The position numbers were made by a program, and so were the translations under genes. Below are positions 37,322-48,132 of a DNA stretch of 64,000 nucleotides, piece by piece (position 1 is the stretch's first letter; each line of letters opens with the position of its first letter). Origin of the DNA: an uncultured bacterium (GTDB lineage: Bacteria; Abyssobacteria; SURF-5); contig CAYVQZ010000003.1 of assembly GCA_964453435.1 (NCBI GenBank), forward strand, positions 24,690-88,689, in the 5' to 3' direction. Below the pieces are notes generated by a model. That model saw nothing but the letters and a program-made list of their open reading frames with translations, did not search any database and was not told the origin of the DNA.

Positions 37322-39131
37322 GAGGTTGGAGGTTCAGTTTTTCGCGTCCGGTGGAAACGATGTTGTCCGGAATGTTGCTGCCCGGCCCTTGCCACCGTGG
37401 TTCCGATGAATCCAATTGTTTGCTCCACGAACCCGCGGGCAACTCGAGCTCGGCCGTTTTTCGGGTTGCGCCGAAATGAAGCGCCAGCAGACCCTCACAA
37501 TTTCCTTTCCAGCGGCGTACGGTCAGGACATCGGTTGATTGATATTCGAAAACCTCCATGTGCTCCTTTCTCAGGCAAGTCAACGCCGGCACGGTCTTTC
37601 TAAGACGAATCAATTCCTTGTAGAAATCGAACAGGACGGCGTGGCGTCCCTCGCGCCGCAGATTGTGATTCAGGCGGGTGCCGACGAATGTTTGCTCATC
37701 CTGAGGGTCAGGGGGTTGGCCCCGCCATTGGAACTGGGCAAATTCCTCTTGTCTGCCCTTTCGCACCGCCTCCACAAGTTCGGGGTCCAAATGGCTCACG
37801 AAATACGGGAAGCGGGCCGTCTCGGCGTACTCTTCCCCCATGAACAGCAACGGAATAGAAGGCGAAAGCAATACCGCTGTGGCTGCCAGCTTCAGGGCTT
37901 CAAAGGGCACCAGCTCGCTCAGGCGCTCGCCCATCATTCGGTTTCCGACCTGGTCGTGGTTCTGGTTGAAGACCACAAACCGGTTTGGATCGATATCGCG
38001 AGAGGAATTGCCGTGGCGTCGACGCCGAAATCGCGAATACCTGCCCGAGTAGACGTAGCCCTCGCGAAAAGCCGTTGCCAGGTCCGTCAATTCCCCAAAA
38101 TCCTGGTAATAGCCGTCTTCCTCTTCTGTGAGCAACGCATGCAAGGCATGATGGAAGTCGTCGTTCCACTGGGCGTCCAGACCAAGCCCCCCGAATTCTC
38201 TCGACCGAATGATTCCGGCGTCGTTCAAATCGCTTTCCGCAATAAGGTAGACTTTTCGGCCCAGACGCTCAGCATGCGCACGCACGGCAAGCGCAAGCTG
38301 TTCGAGGAACGGCTGCGCCGAAAAGTCCAGTATGGCGTGCACCGCGTCAATGCGCAGCGCATCGATGTGAAATTCCGCAATCCAATAGATTGCATTTTCG
38401 ATGAAGAAGTGGCGAACGCCGTCGCTGTATTCGCCGTCGTAATTTACCGCTGCTCCCCACGGGGTCTTGTATCGGTCGGTGAAATACGGGCCATAATCCC
38501 GGAGATAGTTTCCTTCAGGCCCCAGGTGATTGTACACCACGTCCAGGACAACCGCCAGCCCCTTTGCGTGGGCCGCGTTCACGAGCCGCTTCAGCCCTGC
38601 GGGTCCGCCATACGAATTCTGAACGGCAAACGGGTAAGCACCGTCATAGCCCCAATTACGACTGCCCGGAAACTGAGCGACCGGCATAAGTTCTATCGCG
38701 GTTATGTCCAGTTCCTTCAAGTATTCGAGGCGCCGGATAACGGCGTCGAAGACGCCCTCTTGCGAGAAGGTTCCCACATGGACCTCATAGAGTATGTACT
38801 CATCGATGGAAAGGCCGGTCCACCGACCGTCGGTCCAGTCAAATCGGGGATCAATTACCTGCGACGGCTTATGAACGCCTTCCGGTTGAAAACGGGAGGC
38901 CGGGTCGGGACGCTCGATGTTCTCATCCAGCCGGTACAGGTATCGTGTTCCCGGATTCACGCCGTCAACAACCGCCTCATGATAGCCCCATTCGTTATTG
39001 CTCAATGGAACGAGGCGCTCGCGGGGGGCGAGGAGGCGCACCTCGACCCTGTGTGCGAGAGGAGCCCACACGCGAAAGCAACAGCGATTCCCTCCCAGGT
39101 AGTTCGCCCCAAGGCTGACAATCGAGTTCAT
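37284..39131 (-). CDS. treZ: Malto-oligosyltrehalose trehalohydrolase
   Basis: GH13 blocks [27 protein letters not shown] and [10 protein letters not shown]. The N-terminal CBM48-like region has FRVWAP. Confidence 0.9.
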   Translation of the reverse strand: MNSIVSLGANYLGGNRCCFRVWAPLAHRVEVRLLAPRERLVPLSNNEWGYHEAVVDGVNPGTRYLYRLDENIERPDPASRFQPEGVHKPSQVIDPRFDWTDGRWTGLSIDEYILYEVHVGTFSQEGVFDAVIRRLEYLKELDITAIELMPVAQFPGSRNWGYDGAYPFAVQNSYGGPAGLKRLVNAAHAKGLAVVLDVVYNHLGPEGNYLRDYGPYFTDRYKTPWGAAVNYDGEYSDGVRHFFIENAIYWIAEFHIDALRIDAVHAILDFSAQPFLEQLALAVRAHAERLGRKVYLIAESDLNDAGIIRSREFGGLGLDAQWNDDFHHALHALLTEEEDGYYQDFGELTDLATAFREGYVYSGRYSRFRRRRHGNSSRDIDPNRFVVFNQNHDQVGNRMMGERLSELVPFEALKLAATAVLLSPSIPLLFMGEEYAETARFPYFVSHLDPELVEAVRKGRQEEFAQFQWRGQPPDPQDEQTFVGTRLNHNLRREGRHAVLFDFYKELIRLRKTVPALTCLRKEHMEVFEYQSTDVLTVRRWKGNCEGLLALHFGATRKTAELELPAGSWSKQLDSSEPRWQGPGSNIPDNIVSTGREKLNLQPHECVFFVREARY

Positions 39132-41056
39132 ATGTCCTCGCCTTCGCCCTTCAAGAAGAGCGCACCGAGCGGGGGCAGGCTGAGATTCAGGGCATAAGGC
39201 CGTCCGTGGACTTGAACCGGCGCCGCCTCGACTCCTCCCATATTTCCGAAGCCGCTCCCTCCGTACTGCGACGAGTCGCTGTTTAACGCCTCTTTCCAGA
39301 AGCCTCCATGCGGCGCGCCTACCCGGTAATTCTGGCGCGGCACCGGTGTAAAATTCATGACAACAATCACATTATCAGCCGGTGAACGCCCCTTCCTCAG
39401 CAGACTGAGGATGGACTGCTCGGAGTCGTTGCAATCTATCCACTCGAATCCCGCAGGCTCAAAGTCCAATTCGTGGAGCGCCGGCTCGTTTTTGTAAAGG
39501 CTGTTCAAGTCTTCGACCCAGTGTTTCAGTCCCTGATGAGCGGGATAATCCAGCAGGTTCCACTGCAGTCCCTGTTCGTGATACCACTCGTCCCATTGGC
39601 CGAACTCTCCACCCATGAAAAGCAATTTCTTGCCCGGCTGAGAATACATGTATCCGTAAAGTAGTCGCAGGTTCGCAAATTTCTGCCAATCATCGCCCGG
39701 CATCTTTCTCAAGAGAGACCCTTTGCCGTGGACGATCTCATCGTGTGAGAGCGGCAGGACGAAATTTTCGTGGAACGCATACAGCAGGCGGAAAGTCAGC
39801 CGGTTGTGATGGAACTTTCGAAAAACGGGGTCTTTCGACATGTAGTCGAGCGTGTCGTGCATCCACCCCATGTCCCACTTCATGCCGAAGCCTAAACCTC
39901 CGACGTAGGTTGGTGTGGAGACCATCGGCCACGCCGTGGACTCCTCTGCGATGGTCTGGGCCTCGGGAAAGTTTTTGTAGATTTCTTCGTTGAACCGACG
40001 CAGAAACGCTATGGCCTCGAGGTTCTCGTTTCCGCCGTATTTGTTTGGAATCCATTCTCCCTGTCTGCGCGAATAGTCGAGATAAAGCATCGAGGCGACA
40101 GCATCCACGCGGAGGCCGTCGGCATGGTACACATCGAGCCAGAAGAGGGCGCTGCTCAGGAGAAAGCTCTGCACTTCGTCGCGCCCGTAATTGAACACGA
40201 GGCTGTTCCAATCGGGGTGAATGCCTTGTCGGGGGTCGCTGTGTTCATACAGGTGCGTGCCGTCGAAGTAGCCAAGGCCGTGTTCATCGCTCGGGAAATG
40301 AGAAGGCACCCAATCCAGAATCACGCCGATGCCATGCTGGTGAAGGCAATCGATCAGATACATGAAATCCTGGGGGGAGCCATAGCGGCTTGTGGGCGCG
40401 AAGTAACCGAGGCTCTGATATCCCCACGAGCCGTAAAACGGATGTTCCATGACCGGCAGCAATTCCACGTGGGTGTATCCCATGTTCTTCACATACTCCG
40501 CCAGTCTGGGAGCGAGTTCCCGGTAGGAGAGCGACCTGTTTTCCTCCTGGGGCAATCGCATCCATGACCCGACATGAACTTCGTAGGTAGCGAGCGCCGA
40601 ATCGGTCGAATTGTTTCTGCCGCGGTTCTTCATCCATTCTTCATCGCCCCAGGAATAATTCAGGTCCCAGATTATTGAGGCTGTATTGGGGGAAACCTCA
40701 TTGCAGAATGCGAAAGGGTCGGACTTATCGACTCGATAGTTGTTGAATCGTGAGACGATATGATATTTGTATTTTGTTCCGGTGGCGATTGCCGGGATAA
40801 ATCCTTCCCAGATGCCTGAAGCGCCTCGCGCTCGCAATGGATGGCTCGATTTATTCCAATCGTTGAAGTCACCTATGACGGAGACCTTTTCGGCGTTTGG
40901 CGCCCATAGGGCGAACAGGGTTCCTGTCACTTCGTTCTTTTCGCGCATAACGTGCGCGCCCAGTTTATTGTACAGGCGAAAGTGACTGCCCTCGTTGAAC
41001 AGGTATAGGTCGTCCTCCGTCAAGAGGGAAATATCGTATCGCATAAATCCTCCCAT
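39128..41056 (-). CDS. glgB: 1,4-alpha-glucan branching enzyme
   Basis: [34 protein letters not shown], and [22 protein letters not shown]. Confidence 0.95.
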   Translation of the reverse strand: MGGFMRYDISLLTEDDLYLFNEGSHFRLYNKLGAHVMREKNEVTGTLFALWAPNAEKVSVIGDFNDWNKSSHPLRARGASGIWEGFIPAIATGTKYKYHIVSRFNNYRVDKSDPFAFCNEVSPNTASIIWDLNYSWGDEEWMKNRGRNNSTDSALATYEVHVGSWMRLPQEENRSLSYRELAPRLAEYVKNMGYTHVELLPVMEHPFYGSWGYQSLGYFAPTSRYGSPQDFMYLIDCLHQHGIGVILDWVPSHFPSDEHGLGYFDGTHLYEHSDPRQGIHPDWNSLVFNYGRDEVQSFLLSSALFWLDVYHADGLRVDAVASMLYLDYSRRQGEWIPNKYGGNENLEAIAFLRRFNEEIYKNFPEAQTIAEESTAWPMVSTPTYVGGLGFGMKWDMGWMHDTLDYMSKDPVFRKFHHNRLTFRLLYAFHENFVLPLSHDEIVHGKGSLLRKMPGDDWQKFANLRLLYGYMYSQPGKKLLFMGGEFGQWDEWYHEQGLQWNLLDYPAHQGLKHWVEDLNSLYKNEPALHELDFEPAGFEWIDCNDSEQSILSLLRKGRSPADNVIVVMNFTPVPRQNYRVGAPHGGFWKEALNSDSSQYGGSGFGNMGGVEAAPVQVHGRPYALNLSLPPLGALFLKGEGEDI

Positions 41057-41102
41057 TTTGTTTGCTCGGTTTGTGAATCCTTTCAGATACTTGTTTCGGC
41101 TA

Positions 41103-44100
41103 TCATCCTTCGGTTTGCAGAAGTTGTTGAATGCCGCGAAGCGGAATCTTCACCCAGTCCGGCCTGTTGTTCAATTCGTAACCGAGCTCATAGATGGATT
41201 TCTCGAGCAGATATGTGTCAAGCAGCATTTTGACCTCCTCCTTCTCGGTGGGAAGGAAACCATCCCGAGCGGCGAAACTCATGTACGACTTGAGAAAGGC
41301 TACGCAAACCCATGCGTGCCAGGCGCCCGCAACATGTTCCAAATATTCGAAATCTTCTTCGCGAAGAATTCCGCTGTCGCGCAGTTGATACAGGGCGGAA
41401 TACGCGGCATAGTGGAACGACCGCAACATGCCGGCGACGTCTCGCAACGGTGAGCGCTTGATTCGGCGTTCGCTCAGAGGGCGCGCGGGCTCTCCCTCGA
41501 AATCGATTATGACAAAATCATTCCCCGTGTACAGCACCTGTCCAAGGTGGTAATCTCCGTGACACCGTATTCGCATAGCCGTTATTTTCTTTTCGAGAAC
41601 CCTTTGAAACCGCTCCAGAATATCTGTCTCGGCCGCCAGAACCGACTGCGCCTCGTCCCGCAGTCCTTCCGGAAGATGCTTCATCCTTCTGCGTAAAAGC
41701 TGACACACTTTTCCGGTAAGGCTGCGAAAGGACTGATAGAGTGACCGTTGATACAACTTTGTAAATGATTCGGGCGCGAAGTCGGAGTCTTCTTTATCCG
41801 TTGCAAGCGCGAGGTGCAGCTCGGCGGTGCGCTGGCCCAAAAGGTAAGCGGACCTCCCGTATGGTCCGACGAGCTCGATGACATTGTCGGACGGGTCCTC
41901 CTGAATGAGGTCCATGAACGCCCGCTCGGGAACATCGAGCTTATCGACTCTGTGGGCCAGGACGTTTTCGAACGTCTGGTTCAGAACGTCTTTGGTGTAT
42001 TCCCAAGCGTCACCCTGGTTTGACACATACCCGTGCAGAATGGCGAGGGTCACAGGTTCGGCCCGTCTTCTCCCGAGTTCGATATGCCCGGCGACCGGCG
42101 GGATGTGCTCGAATTTCTTTTGGGTAAGGAACTTGCCGATCTGAAGGTCGGGATTTATGCCGGGCTCGAGACGCCGGATGAGCTTCAGGATAAGACGCTC
42201 TCCGAAAACAACGGATGTGTTGCTCTGCTCGGCTCTCATGACGGACGGCTCGAGCGGGGATTCGCCGGAACGCAAAATTCGCCGCAGCAGCGGAGTGGAA
42301 GCGGCGACTATTTCTCCTTCTGTGTCCTTCCGGCGGCGGCGCTTCGTTATCGCCTGCAGAAGCGCCTCACAGAATCCTTTGTCCGCCACGGCATCATAGA
42401 GGATTCCACTTGTCTTTCCATCTTTCGTCTCCAGGCGAGCCACGACGGAGAAGGGGGCTTCTTCCATGAGCTTCTCTGCCTGCTCTCCTTCGGCGAACGT
42501 GAGAGGAAGCAGATACGTTTCCGCGTCTCCGTCAAGATAATCGACGTTCAGAAAGACAAAATACGCCGGATGGAGATCTCCCGGCATGGGAAGCGCGTCT
42601 TTGACTGTCACAGCCTTAAGGGGGCGTCCTTTTCCGCCAAACCAGCGGCACACCTGCAGGTAATCGGGCAGGGTCGCCTGGAGCGCGGCCTTTTGTCTGC
42701 CGCGGAACACGGTCTGCCATTCTCCCGCAATGGAAAGAGAGGGCAAGCGGGAAACATATGTGGAGACGTCAATGTTTTCAGTCGCGACACGCTGCGGCCG
42801 CAGCGAGAACCAGTAGAAAGTGTGTGGCCCGAGGGTGAGAAGATACGGCAAATCGCCTATTTGCGGAAACTCCGTTTGACCGAACAGTTCGACGGGAACC
42901 ATGCCTTTGTATGCGTGCAAGTCCAATTCGACGTACTGGACAAACCTCGACAGGTTCGCCACGACAAGAATGCATTCGTCATCATGACAGCGGATGAAGG
43001 CCAATATTTTCCTGTTTTCCGGGTGCAGGAATTCTATGGAGCCCCGTCCGAAGGCCTTGTGTTGCTTTCTCATGGCGATGATGCGTTTCATCCACCAGAG
43101 CAAAGAATGGGGGTTACTCTGCTGCGCTTCGACGTTGATTGCGTCGAAGTGGTATTCGGGTTCAATGATGACGGGCAGATACAATTTCTGCGGACTTGAC
43201 GAGGAGAACCCGGCGTTGCGGTCGGAACTCCACTGCATAGGGGTTCGCACGCCGTTCCGGTCACCGAGGTACACGTTATCTCCCATTCCGATTTCGTCGC
43301 CATAATAGATAACGGGTGTCCCTGGCAGCGAGTAGAGCAACCCGTGCATGATCTCGATTCGTTTGCGGTCATTCCCGAGGAGAGGCGCCAGCCGCCTGCG
43401 GATACCCAGATTGATCCTCATTTGGGAGTCCTGAGCGTAGACCCGGTACATGTAATCGCGTTCCTCATCGGTGACCATTTCCAAAGTGAGTTCATCGTGA
43501 TTGCGCAGAAACAGCGCCCACTGACAAGAATCGGGGATAGCCGGTGTCTGTTCCAGGATGTCGATAATGGGAAAGCGGTCTTCCATACGAAGCGCCATGA
43601 ACAGGCGCGGCATGAGCGGGAAATGAAAAGCCATATGGCATGCATCGTCGTCGCCGAAATAGGCAACGGCGTCTTCCGGCCATTGATTCGCCTCGGCGAG
43701 AATCATTCGGTTTGTAAACCTCTCGTCGACGTGAGCCCGCAGCTTTTTCAGGAAGTCATACGTCTCAGCCAAGTTTTCGCAGTTTGTCCCTTCCCGCTCA
43801 TAGAGATAGGGCACGGCATCCAGCCGCAGGCCGTCCACCCCCGTTTGGAACCAGAAATCAATGACCCGAAGGATTGCCCTCTGCACCTCGGGATTATCGT
43901 AATTCAGGTCTGGCTGGTGAGAATAGAACCGGTGCCAATAGTATGCTTTCGCGACAGGGTCCCACGTCCAGTTCGACGACTCGAAGTCTTTGAAAATGAT
44001 GCGCGCCTCTTTGTAGCGGTCCGGCGTTTCGCTCCACACGTAGAAATCGCGCCAGCGGCTTCCCCTCCTGGCGCGACGGGCCCGCTGATACCACGGATGC

Positions 44101-44456
44101 TGGTCGGAGGTGTGGTTCACGACCAGTTCGGTGATGACACGCAGGCCGCGCCTGTGGGCCTCCCGCAAAAACGCCCTGAAGTCGCGTATTGTTCCATACG
44201 ATGGATGGATCCCCCGATAGTAGGATATGTCATAGCCGTCATCCTTCAAAGGCGACGGGCAGAACGGCAGCAGCCAGATTGCGCCGACACCCAGGTCGTG
44301 AAGGTAGTCAAGTTTTTCGATCAGCCCCTTGAAATCACCTATGCCGTCGCCGTCGCTGTCCCGAAACGCTTTGACATGCAGTTCATAAATCACGCTGTCT
44401 TTGTACCACAGGGGATCGTCTTCCAATGCCGTTAATTCGGCCTTTCGGTCGGCCAT
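41103..44456 (-). CDS. treS: Trehalose synthase fused to maltokinase (TreS-Pep2/Mak)
   Basis: The N-terminal GH13 TreS has [29 protein letters not shown] and [10 protein letters not shown]. The C-terminal ~450 aa are kinase-like and carry [25 protein letters not shown]. Total length is 1117 aa. Confidence 0.9.
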   Translation of the reverse strand: MADRKAELTALEDDPLWYKDSVIYELHVKAFRDSDGDGIGDFKGLIEKLDYLHDLGVGAIWLLPFCPSPLKDDGYDISYYRGIHPSYGTIRDFRAFLREAHRRGLRVITELVVNHTSDQHPWYQRARRARRGSRWRDFYVWSETPDRYKEARIIFKDFESSNWTWDPVAKAYYWHRFYSHQPDLNYDNPEVQRAILRVIDFWFQTGVDGLRLDAVPYLYEREGTNCENLAETYDFLKKLRAHVDERFTNRMILAEANQWPEDAVAYFGDDDACHMAFHFPLMPRLFMALRMEDRFPIIDILEQTPAIPDSCQWALFLRNHDELTLEMVTDEERDYMYRVYAQDSQMRINLGIRRRLAPLLGNDRKRIEIMHGLLYSLPGTPVIYYGDEIGMGDNVYLGDRNGVRTPMQWSSDRNAGFSSSSPQKLYLPVIIEPEYHFDAINVEAQQSNPHSLLWWMKRIIAMRKQHKAFGRGSIEFLHPENRKILAFIRCHDDECILVVANLSRFVQYVELDLHAYKGMVPVELFGQTEFPQIGDLPYLLTLGPHTFYWFSLRPQRVATENIDVSTYVSRLPSLSIAGEWQTVFRGRQKAALQATLPDYLQVCRWFGGKGRPLKAVTVKDALPMPGDLHPAYFVFLNVDYLDGDAETYLLPLTFAEGEQAEKLMEEAPFSVVARLETKDGKTSGILYDAVADKGFCEALLQAITKRRRRKDTEGEIVAASTPLLRRILRSGESPLEPSVMRAEQSNTSVVFGERLILKLIRRLEPGINPDLQIGKFLTQKKFEHIPPVAGHIELGRRRAEPVTLAILHGYVSNQGDAWEYTKDVLNQTFENVLAHRVDKLDVPERAFMDLIQEDPSDNVIELVGPYGRSAYLLGQRTAELHLALATDKEDSDFAPESFTKLYQRSLYQSFRSLTGKVCQLLRRRMKHLPEGLRDEAQSVLAAETDILERFQRVLEKKITAMRIRCHGDYHLGQVLYTGNDFVIIDFEGEPARPLSERRIKRSPLRDVAGMLRSFHYAAYSALYQLRDSGILREEDFEYLEHVAGAWHAWVCVAFLKSYMSFAARDGFLPTEKEEVKMLLDTYLLEKSIYELGYELNNRPDWVKIPLRGIQQLLQTEG

Positions 44457-44471
44457 ATCAACTCCTGAGTT

Positions 44472-46529
44472 CTACATGAAATAATCGAAGTCACGCTCGG
44501 TTCGAATCCGCCGCCTCACTTTGAAGATGTGAGCCGGCGCCACTTGGGGATTGACCTCCACGTAATTACTCGAGCCGTACCAGAGGTAGCGCGAATCGCT
44601 CAACAGGTCGTGCACTTGATAGGGTTGATGTAGGTCAAACCCGAAGGAGGAAACAGGGAGTTCGAGCCACCCCGCATGCGTGTGATGGGGGTCCAGATTC
44701 ACGACCACCAGGATAATGTTGGTCAAGTCGTCGGTGTGCTTGCTGTAACATATCAGTTGTTCGCTGTCTATCTCATGAAATTCGAGATTCGCGTCGCTTT
44801 GCAGCGCGATGTTTTCGCGGCGTATCCGGTTCACGCGCCTGATGATTCCCCTGAGACTGTCGGAACGCTCGATGTCCCAGTGCCTGACTTGATACTTTTC
44901 GGAATCCAGATACTCCTCGCTCCCAAACTCGCGGGCCCGGTTCTCGCACAGTTCGAAGGCAGGCCCGTAGACTCCATAATTGGAGCCGAGCGTTGCGGCA
45001 AGTATCAGGCGGGCGATGAAAGCCGGCCGTCCTCCCATCTGGAGATATTCCGTTAGAATATCCGGTGTGTTTGGCCACAGGTTAGGCCGGAAATATTCCC
45101 GCACCCCGGAATCCGAGAGGTGCGTGAAATATTCCATAAGTTCCCACTTCGTATTCCGCCAGGCGAAATACGTGTAGGACTGGCTAAATCCCGACTTGGC
45201 AAGTCGATACATCACCTTGGGGCGGGTGAACGCCTCAGAGAGAAAAACAGTCTCCGGATAGTCTCTTTTCACCCCCTCGATGAGCCATTCCCAAAAAGGA
45301 AGCGGCTTTGTATGTGGATTGTCCACTCGGAAGACACGGATACCTTTATCGATCCAGAAAAGCACGACACTCTTCAGCTCTTCCCAGAGCTCCTTCCAGT
45401 TATCGGTCTCAAAACAGAATGGGTAGATGTCTTCATACTTTTTGGGCGGATTCTCGGCGTACTGAATGGAGCCGTCCGGACGGAGCAGAAACCACTCCGG
45501 ATGCTCTTTTACATAGGGATGGTCCGGGGTACACTGAAACGCAATGTCGATCGCAACCTCGATGCCGTACTCACGGGCTTTGCGCACAAGGCTCACCATG
45601 TCGTTTATGGCGCCGAGTTGGGGATGCACGGCCATGTGTCCTCCTTCGGCGGAGCCAATCGCCCACGGACTACCCGGGTCATCCGGTTCGGCAACCGGCG
45701 CATTATTCTTCCCCTTCCGGTTTGTCTCGCCGATGGGATGTATGGGTGGCAGATAAAGCACATCGAATCCCATTCCCGCAATGTAAGGCAGGCGAGCCTC
45801 GCAATCTTTCAGGGTTCCGTGCGTACCGGGTTCGGGAGCGCAGGACCGCGGAAACATTTCGTACCAGGCGCTGAAACGCGCCCTCTCTCGGTCCACAACC
45901 ACTTGAAGCTCCTTGTACGTCGTCGCGAATGAGATGGCCTGATAGTCTGACATCAGGGATGCCAATTCATCGCTGAAGGCGACCTCCGCAACGCTGTCCG
46001 GCCGGTCGCCAGAGCGCAGCAATCCCGCATATTCGCGGAGCTTGTCCCCGGCTGACCTCGGGGCGCGCAACGCCGCTTGTTCGACCATCTCGGCGCCGAA
46101 AAGGAGATCAACCGAGACTTCGAGGCCGGCTTCGACTTTCTTCTCGAGCCCGCGCCGCCATGTCTTGAATCCGTCAACGCACGCCCGCACCGTGTATACA
46201 TATCTGCCGATATAGGCGACTTCGAAGCAACCACGCCATCGGTCATTCAGCAAAAAATGCATCGGCGTCTCGCTCCAGCTCGAGGCCGATTCCGTTCGGT
46301 AAAGCAGCGAACAGGAAAGAGAGTCGTTGCTGTCCGCAAAAATGTCGGCTTCGACAACCACTTGCTCGCCGACCGCTCGCTTTATGGGAAAACGGCCACA
46401 ATCGATTTCTGGTGTAACTCCCTCTATTACGACACGCTTACGACCTTCTTCCGGCGCCATATCCTCCCTTCCTTTTTTGAATCCGCTTCGACCGGCGCAT
46501 AACGACGATTTCATTGAAGTATAGCACAC
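44472..46529 (-). CDS. glgE: Alpha-1,4-glucan:maltose-1-phosphate maltosyltransferase
   Basis: FSAWYEMFPRS, GFDVLYLPPIHPIG and FRVDNPHTKP. The probable start is the ATG at 46460 (MAPEEGRKRVVIE). Confidence 0.9.
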   Translation of the reverse strand: MCYTSMKSSLCAGRSGFKKGREDMAPEEGRKRVVIEGVTPEIDCGRFPIKRAVGEQVVVEADIFADSNDSLSCSLLYRTESASSWSETPMHFLLNDRWRGCFEVAYIGRYVYTVRACVDGFKTWRRGLEKKVEAGLEVSVDLLFGAEMVEQAALRAPRSAGDKLREYAGLLRSGDRPDSVAEVAFSDELASLMSDYQAISFATTYKELQVVVDRERARFSAWYEMFPRSCAPEPGTHGTLKDCEARLPYIAGMGFDVLYLPPIHPIGETNRKGKNNAPVAEPDDPGSPWAIGSAEGGHMAVHPQLGAINDMVSLVRKAREYGIEVAIDIAFQCTPDHPYVKEHPEWFLLRPDGSIQYAENPPKKYEDIYPFCFETDNWKELWEELKSVVLFWIDKGIRVFRVDNPHTKPLPFWEWLIEGVKRDYPETVFLSEAFTRPKVMYRLAKSGFSQSYTYFAWRNTKWELMEYFTHLSDSGVREYFRPNLWPNTPDILTEYLQMGGRPAFIARLILAATLGSNYGVYGPAFELCENRAREFGSEEYLDSEKYQVRHWDIERSDSLRGIIRRVNRIRRENIALQSDANLEFHEIDSEQLICYSKHTDDLTNIILVVVNLDPHHTHAGWLELPVSSFGFDLHQPYQVHDLLSDSRYLWYGSSNYVEVNPQVAPAHIFKVRRRIRTERDFDYFM

Positions 46530-46641
46530 ACCTGCCGGTCGCTTCTAATGAAACGGTCCCCAGACAATCGCTCGCAACGCGGCAAAACGGGCAATCTTGG
46601 GACTCTTTCATAGCGCCTCCTGCGCACGCTTCAGAATCGGC

Positions 46642-47700
46642 TTATTGAGCGATTTGCCGGAATTCTGCGCGCATCTTCGGCAAACTGTCGGGATAGTTTC
46701 TCTGCACAAACTCGATGAGTTTCTCTCTCACGATGCATCGGAGCTCCCAGGCGCTCGATGAATCCGAGGCGCTCACAAGAGCTCGCAGCTCCACTGTTCT
46801 TTCCGTGCTGTTCGTTACCTGCAGCACGCATACCTTGCCGTCCCACTTGTCCGAGCTTTTCACAATCTGGTGCAACTGCTCCCGTATTTCCCCGGTCGGA
46901 ACGGTATAGTCGACATAAAGAAAAACTGCGCCAAGCAGGTCGGCGGAGACGCGGGTCCAGTTCTGGAACGGTTTTTCGAGAAAATAAGTGATCGGCACGA
47001 CCAAGCGTCTCAGGTCCCAGATGCGAACAACCACATATGTGAGCGTAATTTCCTCGATTCGTCCCCACTCGTTTTCGACTATGACAACGTCATCGATACG
47101 AATGGGACCGGTCATGGCAATCTGAAAGCCGGCCAAAAGCGTCGCGATCGTTCTCTGTGCCGCAAAACCGATGATGATACCCGCAATACCCGCCGAGGCC
47201 AGGATGCTGGTACCCAGTTGCCGGACTTTGTCAAACGTCATCAAGACAACAGCCAAGGCGAGCACTCCTACCACAACCATAACCACTCTTTTCAGCATCT
47301 GAATCTGTGTATGAATTTTCCGGGCTTGAAGATTGTCTTTCACGTCGACCCTGTACTGACTGAGAATGATGTCTTCCCCAACATACGCCAGCTTGATGAT
47401 AAGCCAGGCGACGGAAAGGATCAGGACGACGCTGAACGCCTGGTTGAGAAACACCCCGATGTTGGGAGAAACCGCAACCAGCGGCAGCAAAAGGTGAATG
47501 ACAACAAGGGGGATAATCACTCGCGACGGTGCGCGACAGTGCTTTACGAATGACGTGCCGAGAGTCGACTTGGTTCTTTCCGAAACTGTCCGAAAAATTT
47601 TGAAAATAACATAGTGGGCTATCAACCCCAAAACGACTGCCACACCGAGAATAACGACCGGTCGTAACAACTCTTCCCAATCCAAGAGCAGGTCTTTCAT
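46642..47700 (-). CDS. Mechanosensitive ion channel, MscS family
   Basis: The pore helix and beta-domain block is GIIIGFAAQRTIATLLAGFQIAMTGPIRIDDVVIVENEWGRIEEITLTYVVVRIWD. Several N-terminal TM segments are present. Confidence 0.9.
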   Translation of the reverse strand: MKDLLLDWEELLRPVVILGVAVVLGLIAHYVIFKIFRTVSERTKSTLGTSFVKHCRAPSRVIIPLVVIHLLLPLVAVSPNIGVFLNQAFSVVLILSVAWLIIKLAYVGEDIILSQYRVDVKDNLQARKIHTQIQMLKRVVMVVVGVLALAVVLMTFDKVRQLGTSILASAGIAGIIIGFAAQRTIATLLAGFQIAMTGPIRIDDVVIVENEWGRIEEITLTYVVVRIWDLRRLVVPITYFLEKPFQNWTRVSADLLGAVFLYVDYTVPTGEIREQLHQIVKSSDKWDGKVCVLQVTNSTERTVELRALVSASDSSSAWELRCIVREKLIEFVQRNYPDSLPKMRAEFRQIAQ

Positions 47701-48132
47701 TTTTCTCTCTCCTTGATATTTCTCCCGTCTTTCCGAGCGCCCTTATAATCAATACGCGTCAACACTCTTCTTCCGAGCGGTTTGCTTAAACTTATCGAAT
47801 TTCCAATTCGAACGCAAACAGGGCAAAGAAGGTAACGAAATGAATTCCCTGCGGGAAAAGGCAAGCGGGAACATCCTGCCAATTGGATTGCGGTTGCCAT
47901 CGGGGGTTGGGACCAACTACTCGACAAACTTGACACTTCCGCGCCGGGCTCGATAGAATGAACCATCGGAAGCCATCAGCCCCCGCTGATTCTATCTTAA
48001 ATAGAATTTAATTATTGAAAACAACCACTCTCCGGTTTTTTCCGGGCGCCTTGATCAGGGTAACGGGAGATAGCGATCAATCGTCAACAATACATTCTCA
48101 TAGTCGATGCCGATAAGCACTCGCAAAATCGA

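Noticed and set aside
35834-39197. Two long plus-strand ORFs (35834..37204 and 37539..39197)
   Set aside because: They are antisense to the GH57 and treZ genes. Their composition is biased (Arg/Pro/Val-rich) and they have no domain motifs.
42033-44435. Plus-strand ORFs 42033..43199 and 43344..44435
   Set aside because: They are antisense to the treS-pep2 fusion gene and are shadow ORFs.
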